A stretch of 63,858 nt of DNA, counting the filler, from Welwitschia mirabilis (taxonomy: Eukaryota), in the NCBI GenBank assembly GCA_051453625.1. It is 5 parts of one record of this genome, joined end to end, with 100 filler letters (N's around TTAATTAATTAA, not from the genome) between each part and the next. Parts side by side here need not be neighbours in the genome. Positions count along the whole stretch, not along the records: positions 1 to 27,827 come from JBOZIK010000001.1; 4 more parts are not named here. The stretch is one strand, 5' to 3'. Below, in pieces: positions 1 to 11,599 of the stretch. The notes beneath the pieces were generated by a model that saw nothing but the letters and a program-made list of their open reading frames with translations, searched no databases and had not been told where the DNA came from. A program made the position numbers and the translations under genes. Numbering within the stretch: position 1 is the first letter of the stretch; the number at the start of each line of letters is the position of its first letter.

Positions 1-13
1 GAATTGCCAAATC

Positions 14-241
14 TTAAATAATAGATAACAGTTTCTTAACTGAAGTATCTACTAATTCTAAGATAATTGGAGTAGGCTCTATTCTATCCTCCAAGCCAAG
101 TCTCATACAAATATAGAGTAGCATAATGTTGACACTCACTCTAATGTCTATTAAGGCTTTTCTAATCTTTTTGTTTCCTTCTAAAGTAACATTCACCATT
201 GCTACTCTTAAATCATTAAATTTGAGTGATTTTTGTAACAC
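14..241 (-). pseudogene. Retrotransposon aspartic protease remnant
   Basis: ALIDIRVSVNIM resembles the gypsy protease motif ALxDLGASVNxM, followed by PTxxxLxLAD-like residues. Confidence 0.8.
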
Positions 242-2674
242 TAAATTTGTGATGGATTGGGATAGAAAGACTTTTCTAGGGATGATTAAATTTTATTTCT
301 TCTTATTAAGTCTTTACATAATTTTTAGTATCCCAAATTTTGTTTCAAAAGTTTTCAAAAGGGTAATTTTATGCTCACATTTTTTATTAATGCTTTTATA
401 TGTTCATTAAACATTGAATTGTTGTTAAGATTATCAAGCGAAGGAGTGGTTTATTGAGAAGGATTTTTATTTTCTTTTTTCCAAGAGAAGGGAAGCTATA
501 ATCTTCTAATATTTTAATGTTCTCTTCCTTTTATTTTTTGTCATTTCTAAACTCATTTTGGAAGGTGAAAGGTTTATTTGAAGTGGGATCCATTTCTTAT
601 CCACTTCATATCACAACCTTACAATATTTTCTTAGTTCACTTGGATTTGGTAAAGGTTGTGTAGCTAATGTTCCTTAAGGTCTTTAGTTTTCTAGTATTA
701 TTTATTAAAAGATGTTTACTATGTTTTTCATGTTAATATTTGTTTTTCTAAGCTCCTTTATAAGATTTATGAGTTGATCATTTAGATATTGAAATTTTGA
801 TAGTTCTAGTTAAGAGTTTAGATTTTCGAATCAATTTCTAAAAGGTTTAGAATTATTTTGAAAATGAGTGTTCAATCTACATTATGCCTGATTTTGATTT
901 CTAAATTTTTGAGATGACTGGTTAAAAGTACAAACTTTTTCATGTTTTCTTTTTTTGTATGTTGGCAAAAGAGGATAGTTTTTAGTGACATGATAATTAT
1001 CCTCATATAAATCATAAGTTTGCACAANNNNNNNNNNNNNNNNNNNNNNNNNNNNNNNNNNNNNNNNNNNNNNNNNNNNNNNNNNNNNNNNNNNNNNNNN
1101 NNNNNNNNNNNNNNNNNNNNNNNNNNNNNNNNNNNNNNNNNNNNNNNNNNNNNNNNNNNNNNNNNNNNNNNNNNNNNNNNNNNNNNNNNNNNNNNNNNNN
1201 NNNNNNNNNNNNNNNNNNNNNNNNNNNNNNNNNNNNNNNNNNNNNNNNNNNNNNNNNNNNNNNNNNNNNNNNNNNNNNNNNNNNNNNNNNNNNNNNNNNN
1301 NNNNNNNNNNNNNNNNNNNNNNNNNNNNNNNNNNNNNNNNNNNNNNNNNNNNNNNNNNNNNNNNNNNNNNNNNNNNNNNNNNNNNNNNNNNNNNNNNNNN
1401 NNNNNNNNNNNNNNNNNNNNNNNNNNNTCCCTCCTTTTTTCTTTTTCTCATAGTTTCTTCATTTATAAATATCTTTAAAAAAGCTTTTTGAAATTAATCC
1501 CATATTTTAAAGCTTTTGTAGGGAATAGGTTTTAGCCAAACTTTTGCTTTACATCTTAATGTCTTGGGAAAGATTACTATGTATGTTCTATCACTGATTC
1601 TTTTCATCCATTTTTTGATGTAAGGACTAGTTGTTTAATGTCTACAATATGTTAAAGAGGATTTTCATCATTTTCTCCATTAAAAGTTAGATCTACATTT
1701 AGGATTTTAAGTTTAACATCATCTCCTAGGAGTAGGTCAATAGGTGTTTGAATATTNNNNNNNNNNNNNNNNNNNNNNNNNNNNNNNNNNNNNNNNNNNN
1801 NNNNNNNNNNNNNNNNNNNNNNNNNNNNNNNNNNNNNNNNNNNNNNNNNNNNNNNNTACATTTAGGATTTTAAGTTTAACATCATCTCCTAGGAGTAGGT
1901 CAAAAGGTGTTTGAATATTTCTTTTTTCGTTTGCCAACAATTCTATAAGAGTAAGATTTGCATTAGGGATAGAAGATTCTATGAATCATTTTTGCTTATT
2001 GGAGGCAATCAACATTGTGAGATAGTTTTTTCCTTCTATAAGAATTTCATTAAGGAAATTTGACCCAAAAAAAATAAATTTAAAAGGAGGATTAAGTATA
2101 CCTAGATATTTTTTTGACTTGTTTTCTATATCCACTAGACCTTCTTTAATATTCTTCTCTATCAGTAGCATTTCTCTTTGATATCGTTTCTCTATGTTAA
2201 CCATGTCACAGTATCCTGCAATTACTAAATAATAGAGAATAAAATAAAAAATGATAGTCTAGCATCCTGTCTATCATAACAAAGATATAAGGGATGACAC
2301 ACACAGAAACTAGAAAAATAAAACCAGAATAGAGATTGGAAAAAAAAGCAGAAAAACTCAGAAAATAAGATTATCATCCTCCTAGTCATCCAGACGTCAG
2401 GGAGACAACAGAAATTAATTTTATTTAAAAAATTAAAATTATAAAATAAAATTAAAATAAAAAATCATATACTATCATCCTTTTTGTGTGAATGATAGAG
2501 GGGAAGATCACTATTTTTCTATAGAAAACTAAATCTGAAAAACTGAAACTGAAGAACTACAAAATAGAAAACCTATAGTTCCTAATAAAATACAACATAG
2601 CTATAGATAAATAAGTAAACAGAGGTCCAATATACTCAACCGAATGACAAAAACCCTTGTACTCCTCAATAGCC

Positions 2675-2693
2675 TTCCCTAGAAATGGTGTCA
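2675..2693 (-). other. Degenerate primer-binding site (tRNA-Asp type)
   Basis: Minus strand reads AACA aat TGACACCATTTCTAGGGAA, a mostly transition-decayed version of the Athila PBS TGGCGCCGTTGCCGGGGA, directly after the LTR end. Confidence 0.65.
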
Positions 2694-3539
2694 ATTTGTT
2701 GCAGTGTGTCTTTGTACAAGTGCTTAAATTTAAAAGGATTCTATCATTCATAAAATAAATAGATATTTTACAAAATATAGCNNNNNNNNNNNNNNNNNNN
2801 NNNNNNNNNNNNNNNNNNNNNNNNNNNNNNNNNNNNNNNNNNNNNNNNNNNNNNNNNACAAAAGAATAAGAGGAATAAAAAATAAAGAACAATGCAGGAA
2901 ATGAAAGATACAATGTAAATTCAAGATGTAACTTAATCTAACATGCAATGCAAAAATGGAGCTAACACTACTTTCTTGTAGCCTTAACAAAGGCTGCCCT
3001 TGATAATCTATATCACCTAAGAAATTGTCATCATATCAAGGGCAACATAGACTATAAGGATTATCAGAAAATCTATAATGCAAATATGAAAATAAGAGAA
3101 AGTTTATATTAAGAATGAGTAACAAGCATATAAGTTACAAAATAGCCAAGACTTAATAGAGGATACACAACCCTTTATTAAGAGCACATCTTTTTGCAAT
3201 ACTCAAGATGGATCTTACACCCTTTGATATCCTATCATGAGAATTTATGGTGCAATGAAAANNNNNNNNNNNNNNNNNNNNNNNNNNNNNNNNNNNNNNN
3301 NNNNNNNNNNNNNNNNNNNNNNNNNNNNNNNNNNNNNNNNNNNNNNNNNNNNNNNNNNNNNGCAACATTCAAGATGGATCTTCCACCCTTTAATATCCTA
3401 TCATGAGAATTTATGGTGCAATGAAAATAAGAAGGAGAGTTAAATAGGGACTTATTTATAACAACTTATAGCGGAAAATCTTTTATCTTAATTATCTTCG
3501 ACATTATTTACTTGATTTTCATATTAATGTTTACACTAA

Positions 3540-5070
3540 TCATGTAGTTATTCACTATCATATGACTAAGAAATATTCTACTACTAGACTTATTAGATGT
3601 ATCTTTCTTATATAATAATTTAATCTTACCCTCATTGATAAAGGTGGAAAACATAATATTATTGTCAATTACCTATCTTAACTTTCTTGTTCTTGTAATC
3701 AACTTCTCATAAATGACTCTTTTCTGGATTAATAACTCTTTATAGTTAAGAAACTTTATGCTATCTCTTTTACTTATCCCACTACTTGGTATGTTGATAT
3801 TGTAAACTATCTTATTACAATGAAAACTTCTTATCATTAAAACCATAACTAATGTAAATATTTTTTTCATAGGATTGATGAGTATGAGTAGAATGAACCC
3901 CATCTTTATAGATGTTTCAAGGATCAAATCATGCATAAGTGTGTATCTGAGTGGGAAAGCATAGAAATACAAAAACTTTGTCATGATGGAGTATGTGAGG
4001 AGTACTTTAGTAGCCAAAATACCATCATGAAAATTATTCACTTTGGTTTTTATTGACCTACTCTTTTTAAGGATTTATATGACTTTGCTAGAAGGTTTAA
4101 TGCATATCAACATTATGGTAGCCTAACTCATTTTTATGATATTCCCCCTAAATCTATACTTGAATGTAAACCTTTTGACTATTAGATAATTAACTTTATA
4201 GGCCCTATCACATCACCTTATTAGACAAAATTTATATCTTTATAGTTGTTGATTATGTTACTAAGTGATTTACAATTTTATTCGAACTCATATCTTTTAA
4301 TGTTTTGATTTTTCACAAATCATCATTAGCAATTAAGGAACTAATATCATTAACCACCTTTTTTGAAAACTTCTTTTATCCATTGGTATTAAAAATAGAA
4401 TTTCATATGCTTATCATCCTTAAACTAATGGCCAAGTTAAAAATGAAAATATAGGAAAAAAAATATGCTCCAAAAATTAGTCTCTGTTAACAAGAAAACA
4501 TGGTCCTCTAAACTCAATGATGTTTTTTGGGCTTATCGTACTACCTGGTATAACTCTCTAAGTTTCTTAGCATATGAACTTCTATATGGAAAAGTTTGTG
4601 TTTTGTGAATTGATGTTTGGGATAATTCTTAATGATTCACCCATTAACTTAACCTTGTAAACTTAGATGAAAATCTTATAACTTGATTAGCCCAACTTGA
4701 TCATTTAAATGAAAAATGTAATCATGTTTTACATCGTTAACTCATTCATAAAGCTTAGTTTAGTCATGAAAAAAAGATTATTCATAAGTAATTTAAACCT
4801 AGTTAACTTATCCTTTTATATAATACTTGAGTACACCTTTTACACAATAAGTTAACTTATAAATGATTAGTTCCTTATCTTATAAATAAAGTACATTTAA
4901 ATGGCTCAGTTGAATTATCCAATCAAAACATTAGAGAAATTCAAAAAAGTTAATGTATAAAGGTTAAAAATTTATGAGTCATTTTCTAATGCAACCTTAA
5001 ACATGATAGAAGAAATTGTTTTGGAAGCCCCTCTCAATGAGGAGGATCTTCTTCTTAACATTGTTTAAAA
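3540..5070 (+). pseudogene. Gypsy RNase H end plus integrase remnant
   Basis: Translated pieces DKGGKHNIIVNYLS, INFIGP, YHP*TNGQV and KLNDVFWAYRT, with many stops and frameshifts. Confidence 0.85.
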
Positions 5071-8022
5071 TCCTTTTTAACTCATTTCTTAGGTAAATAT
5101 AATGTTATTATTTGAATATCTTTAACTTGACTTATGTATTTACTTATAAAGTTTCCATGATTAATAGTATTTTATTTGGATATTTCAGATGATAAGATTG
5201 GATTCATCTAATATTTAGATATTTATATGCCTATGAACTTCATTTTAAAGGAAGATGCCTTGGTTCTTTTATTCTCTTTTAATGGTGTGAGTAATTAGTT
5301 GTTTTTGCATATTTTTCTTGTTATTCATCTTTTTTCTTCACTTTTATCATTACGAGTACTTGGTCATGTGGAATGTTTGAAAAACAAAAAGCAAAAAAAG
5401 AAATAAAGATCATGCTCTTTCCTAAGAGAGGCCTCTGGCAGTCTGATATGATAGCTATAGAAACTCTACTAGGGGGTCAGTTAGCCATGTTATATGGGTC
5501 CTTACTCCTCTGACAGTGCTTGCACTCCCTTTATTATGGTAGAATAAAGTTTTACTTTGAGGCTACTTGATCAGTGATGTCCTTGGTGTCATCAAAGGCA
5601 TTGCTTATTTTTTAGACTCATTTATTTACTTATTTATAATACTTCCATATAATCACTCTACTTTTTTGGATTCTAGTATTGTTTTTGAGGTGATAGCTTG
5701 TAAGTTCTTATTTTAACAAGTTTTTATTTTATCATTCATTGTTTGATAACATTAGATATATTAAACATCATTATAATCATTACCTCTTTGAGTGGTACTT
5801 TATGAGTTTTTACATACTTTCATACATCTTTTATTAAGTGATTTTATGATTATTACCAATGGAAATTATTAGGTTAAAAATTTAGAACAAGTAAGCAATC
5901 TTCTTTCTATTCTTGGTTGTCCATTTTAATTTTGATTTTCTTTGGCTATTTTATTAGATTTTTCAAATTCATTTCCCATACTTTTTCAGCATAATATTAC
6001 GAATCTAATCCTTTTGAGTTTCTTGTTGATGTGATATCTTGATTTAATAAGTTCCAGTTTTCTTTTTCATGAGTTTGGGTACATTTGAGGAGTCTTAGAG
6101 CATTGCTTATTTCTACTTAGTGCATTTTATTATGTTTGTAGATTTTTTTACCATGGTTATGTTCTTTTAGGATAAATTTTCTTTTTGCTTTTTTTACTAT
6201 TTTTTGTATGCTTGTTTATTTTTTTCCTTTTTCTAGTTTTTCCCCTTTCTAATAATGTTTCTAATTATTGTTATCGCACATCTTTCATCCCCATGATAGC
6301 TAAGATAACACTCCTCCTTTTCATTTNNNNNNNNNNNNNNNNNNNNNNNNNNNNNNNNNNNNNNNNNNNNNNNNNNNNNNNNNNNNNNNNNNNNNNNNNN
6401 NNNNNNNNNNNNNNNNNNNNNNNNNNGTTATATCTCAAAACATGATTATCATGATGTCCTATCGCAAGTGCATCAAGGCAAATTTTCCTAAGATAGACCT
6501 TTGGTAGTGTAATATGATAGTTGTGAGAACTCCACTAGGGGGTTAGTTGACTATGTTGTATGGGTTCTTACTCCTCTAATTGTAGTTGTTCTTCCCTCAT
6601 CATGGTTAAATAAAATTGTACTTCAAGGCTATAAAATTAGTGATGTTCCTGGTATCATCAGAGACATTGCTTGTTTTTTAGACTCATTTTATTTATTTCT
6701 AATATTTTCACATAATCATTCTACTTTATTTAAATTCTAGTGTTATTTTAATATGATAGCTTATAAGTTCCTATTTTAATAGCTTTTTATCTTATCATTC
6801 ATTATTTGATAACATTATACATACTTGACATCATCATAATCATTGCCTATTTTGAGTGGAACTTTATAAATTTTTACATATTGTTATGAGTCTTTCATTA
6901 AGTAATTTTATGGTTGTTGCCAAGGGAATTTGTTAGGTTAGAATACAAGGTAATATTTTTCAAAGTGATTTCGCATACTTTTTTAGCATAATATTATGGA
7001 TCTAATCATTTCATGGTTTCTTGTTGATGTATATCTATAGTTTCTATAGAGGATCGTTGTTCTCTTTTTGATAGGTTTTTGTGATGTGATAAGTTCTAGT
7101 TCTTCTTTTTCTATGAGTTCAAGCACATTTATGGAGTCTTTAAGCATTGCTTCCTTCTTCTTAGTGCATTTTATTCTATTTTCATACTTTCATTCATTAG
7201 TTCATAGACATCATGGATATGTTTTTTATGCTAGTTCTTCTCTTTCTACNNNNNNNNNNNNNNNNNNNNNNNNNNNNNNNNNNNNNNNNNNNNNNNNNNN
7301 NNNNNNNNNNNNNNNNNNNNNNNNNNNNNNNNNNNNNNNNNNNNNNNNNNNNNNNNNNNNNNNNNNNNNNNNNNNNNNNNNNNNGTAATCTAAGATAGCT
7401 TGCTTCACCTATGGAGAGGAAAAGGGGGTAGAACATCTTTTTAAGCATATTTTTATGATATTGAGCATAAATTTTTAAAAGGATTATTTTTGAGCTTTCA
7501 TGTTACATATCTATGATGCGTTATTTGGATTTCATGTTATTTAAATAAAATTCATGGATTTTATCCTATAAGAGCATAGTAGCACACTCACAGAGTTTTC
7601 TTGTAGTTAAGTTTTAGATCATCTAAAAGAATGCTATATCTACTCTTGTCCTTTTAACGTTATGAATTATACTAATGAATTCAAATACATCACTCTTTCA
7701 AAATTAGCACTACTTAAGTTTGTCACATTAATCTAATATCACTATTTTGTATTATACATATACATTATCATTTTCTAAGCTATCAATGTTACATTTTATG
7801 ATTTTTGTATGTGTATGACATTCATTTGTTATATGGTAACATGCTTAAGTAGGCAACATAGAAAAATTTTAGTAATTGTATCATTTAATTATATCTATTT
7901 TTGCATGATTAAATTGAACTTAATTTACATTTTTTCTATTGTTTTTTAATCTCAGTTAAATTGGCTTACAATATAGTTAATCACTTACTTTGTCAAGGAC
8001 TAACAAGATTAAGTGGGAGCTA

Positions 8023-9777
8023 TATTGTGATGCTAATTTATAGTAATTGATGGATTATTTTGAGCTTTTTTTAAGACATTTATATAGTTCTGAATGTAAT
8101 ACTAATAATTATGGATAATTAATAGGATGATTATTGAAACATGCAATCCTTAGCATATTTGAAGGCATCTTAGTCCTATTCCAAAACATCATAGTTTGGA
8201 GGAAGGATTTACTATGCAAAAGCTTGATTCCATTTTGGAATTAAAGATGAGAAATCCTATCGTCCCTTATGTTATCTCCACAATAGGTAGGATGATAGCA
8301 CTACTAACATAAATATAAGCTATGGGATTGACAACGGGGCCTAAAGCTAATGGAGTACCTTTTAATGTGGAGTGTCATCCCCATGATAGTTAAGATGATA
8401 GATATTTTTCTATAGTCGAAAATAATTATCTTTGTAATGAGGTCATGCATTCCACTTGGGCTACGAAGATTTATTTTTTTATTTTTAGGGTTGAGATTCT
8501 AGAACTTCAATGTAAAACTATAAATACCCCTCCCTTTCTTCACTTCTATTCCCATATTTTGTAACCGATATGCTTGTGATAGAAGATTAAAAAACAAGAG
8601 GTTCATCCAATAGCTACAAATAGAAGTTCCCTTAGTGATGAACTAAGGATCCTTCATTGAGGTACTACTACCTCGTTATAAGTGGACATAAAGTTTTATG
8701 ATCAATTTAATTACTCTTTTCACTCTAAGTATGTTTATGTCCCTTATGGTTTAAATTAGTTATATTTTAGGTGATAATTCTATAATATTTAGATCATAAG
8801 AGAAACTTTTGTTAATGTTAATTCTATTAGCATAGATTTGCATTCTTATTTCATTTCCATTTCACATTGTATTTTATATTTTATTTAGCACATCTCATAG
8901 TTCATATTAGTTAGGAATACTTCTTAATTGATTTGAATTATAAAGATCTAGTTCTTGTGATAGAAGAATTAGAATCCAATAGAATCCATTTTACTTATAT
9001 TTTCATTTCATCTCCATTCACTTTATATTGCATTTTACCTTGATTTTTACTTTTAGTTATTAAAATATAAAAATACTAAAAATACCATTTTAAAAGCAAT
9101 TCTCTAACTCTGAGCCTNNNNNNNNNNNNNNNNNNNNNNNNNNNNNNNNNNNNNNNNNNNNNNNNNNNNNNNNNNNNNNNNNNNNNNNNNNNNNNNNNNN
9201 NNNNNNNNNNNNNNNNNNNNNNNNNNNNNNNNNNNNNNNNNNNNNNNNNNNNNNNNNNNNNNNNNNNNNNNNNNNNNNNNNNNNNNNNNNNNNNNNNNNN
9301 NNNNNNNNNNNNNNNNNNNNNNNNNNNNNNNNNNNNNNNNNNNNNNNNNNNNNNNNNNNNNNNNNNNNNNNNNNNNNNNNNNNNNNNNNNNNNNNNNNNN
9401 NNNNNNNNNNNNNNNNNNNNNNNNNNNNNNNNNNNNNNNNNNNNNNNNNNNNNNNNNNNNNNNNNNNNNNNNNNNNNNNNNNNNNNNNNNNNNNNNNNNN
9501 NNNNNNNNNNNNNNNNNNNNNNNNNNNNNNNNNNNNNNNNNNNNNNNNNNNNNNNNNNNNNNNNNNNNNNNNNNNNNNNNNNNNNNNNNNNNNNNNNNNN
9601 ATAAAAATACTAAAAATACCATTTTGAAAGAAATTCTCTAACTCTGAGCCTAGTTCCTTTATTAGAATTATGACATTTAGGTGGACTCTCATCTATACTA
9701 GTGTGTTTTTCTATAAGTTATGTGATTTACAGGTTTACCTAAAGGAATTAATGATTGCATAAAATCATGCCACAACA
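8023..9777 (+). repeat. 3' LTR (includes an N gap)
   Basis: Follows the PPT, starts TATTGTG (TG decayed to TA), ends ...CACAACA. Reverse-complement similarity to the LTR at 15753-17084. Confidence 0.75.
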
Positions 9778-9929
9778 TAAGATAAGGCGAGATAAGGATT
9801 TTCACTATCATGATAGGAAGGACAAAAGNNNNNNNNNNNNNNNNNNNNNNNNNNNNNNNNNNNNNNNNNNNNNNNNNNNNNNNNNNNNNNNNNNNNNNNN
9901 NNNNNNNNNACATATTTCAATCCATTCCA

Positions 9930-10205
9930 TTTTCTCATTTGGTGATCTATGGATCTCATACAATATTTTTCACATTTCACTCACTTCACTACCTCATTTG
10001 GTGATCTATGAAATCTAATATGTCATTTAGTGATCTATGCTTCTTCTATAATACTTTTCACATTTCGTTCATTTCACTACCTCATTCAGTGATCTATGAA
10101 GCCCATTACTTCATTTGACAATATGTGGTTAATCCATCATTTCCACTACCTCATTGGGCAATCTGTGAGATTCTCACTTCTACTACTTCACTGAGTAGTC
10201 TATGG
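9930..10205. repeat. Irregular tandem array with core CCTCATTTGGTGATCTATG
   Basis: About seven degenerate copies of the core separated by related spacers of variable length. Confidence 0.75.
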
Positions 10206-11599
10206 AATACACATAACCATAAGTTCTAAAGAAATCATTACATCAAAAGAAGTATGAGAGGGACATAATAATGAAGCATCAATTCATAATAATAAGTACT
10301 TGTATTTAGATTTTCAAAGATATCAAGTGACCAAAAATAGTAGGAGTTGAGATTTGAAGCTAGAATTGAAGCTACTTAGTTAACAACATCACACACATCT
10401 ATATTTGATTTAAAGATAATAGATATAATAATAAAATCATGGATTACATATAAAAGGGACCAACAAAAAAGAAAGAGGAAAATAAAGCCATACCTGTATC
10501 TGATCATAGNNNNNNNNNNATCTAAAGTTCTTTCAAGGTTTTAAAGCTCCTTGATTTTCTAAGCTTTAACATTTAAAAGCAAAGTATTTTTAGAAAATAA
10601 GCCTAACTTTAGGAAAGGAGAACCTTATTTATAATGAGAGAACATGGGTAAAGTAAAAAGACTCAAGAATACAAGAGGATATATCATGAGTCAATGGGAA
10701 TGGTGGAGGTTTTATAACACCTCATCAAGGATTGCCTAGTTACTAGGTGCTTAAATAATATTAAAAAAATACTTTCTATTTCATTACATTTAATCATAAT
10801 AATGGATAAATATATAAGACTTCACATATTAACANNNNNNNNNNNNNNNNNNNNNNNNNNNNNNNNNNNNNNNNNNNNNNNNNNNNNNNNNNNNNNNNNN
10901 NNNNNNNNNNNNNNNNNNNNNNNNNNNNNNNNNNNNNNNNNNNNNNNNNNNNNNNNNNNNNNNNNNNNNNNNNNNNNNNNNNNNNNNNNNNNNNNNNNNN
11001 NNNNNNNNNNNNNNNNNNNNNNNNNNNNNNNNNNNNNNNNTCTTTCAAGGTTTTAAAGCTCCTTGATTTTCTAAGCTTTAACATTTAAAGGCAAAGTATT
11101 TTTAGAAAATAAGCCTGACTTTAGGAAAGGAGAACCTTATTTATAATAAGAGAACATGGGTAAAGTAAAAAGACTCAAGAATACAAGAGGATATATCATG
11201 AGTCAATAGGAATGGTGGAGGTTTCATAACACCTCATCAAGGATTACCTAGTTACTAGGTGCTTAAATAATATTACAAAAATACTTTCTATTCCATTAAA
11301 TTTAATCATAATAATGGATAAAATAAATAAGCCTTCACATATTAACATTTAATCATGGAAAAATTTTAGGAAGGTGTAATAATTATACTAAGTAAATAAT
11401 ATTATCACAACTACAAGAAAATTTTTAAAAATTATAAAGTAATATTTTAGTCTTTATAGAGACAAAAGGGACTCAAAGAATAATCTTTAATATAACAACA
11501 CCTCAATAAAATAACATCTATATCAGTTGGATATTTCAAAATAATTAAATCTTTCAAAATAATTTGTTAAAATAAATCTTTGCATCTTTTTAAAATAAA

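Larger units (their letters stand above)
1..3480 (-). mobile_element. 5' part of a decayed Athila-like Ty3/gypsy LTR retrotransposon (LTR, PBS, 5'UTR, gag, protease), running off the window start
   Basis: Minus-strand protease ORF 14..241 (KALIDIRVSVNIM...PTPIILELVDTSVK), gag remnant near 1500-1720, degenerate tRNA-Asp-type PBS and an LTR starting TGTTGC at 2697. Collinear with the 33-37.7 kb copy. The right end of the LTR is truncated and approximate. Confidence 0.85.
3540..9777 (+). mobile_element. 3' half of a decayed Athila-like gypsy element (RNase H/integrase remnant, long 3'UTR, PPT, 3' LTR)
   Basis: Integrase motifs at 3540-5070, polypurine tract AAGTGGGAGC at 8011-8020, LTR 8023-9777 ending CACAACA. 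The 3'UTR contains a diverged internal duplication (about 5400-6130 vs 6430-7170). Confidence 0.8.

Noticed and set aside
3673-4041. 122-aa minus-strand ORF
   Set aside because: Antisense to the + strand integrase remnant, with no recognisable motif.
5471-5530. Hammerhead ribozyme interpretation of the conserved 3'UTR motif
   Set aside because: The CUGANGA and GAAA core boxes are not present in the required arrangement on either strand.
9930-10205. CRISPR-like repeat-spacer appearance
   Set aside because: Repeats are degenerate, spacers are related to each other and irregular in length, there are no cas genes, and the context is a plant nuclear genome.
10520-11350. Near-identical direct repeats flanking N gaps (also ~1690/1857, 9065/9601, 15910/16140, 33020/33611, 36870/37027, 41250/41376, 46631/47085, 58205/58358)
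   Set aside because: Each pair abuts a gap and is almost identical, which is typical of unmerged contig overlaps or haplotypes rather than true duplications.
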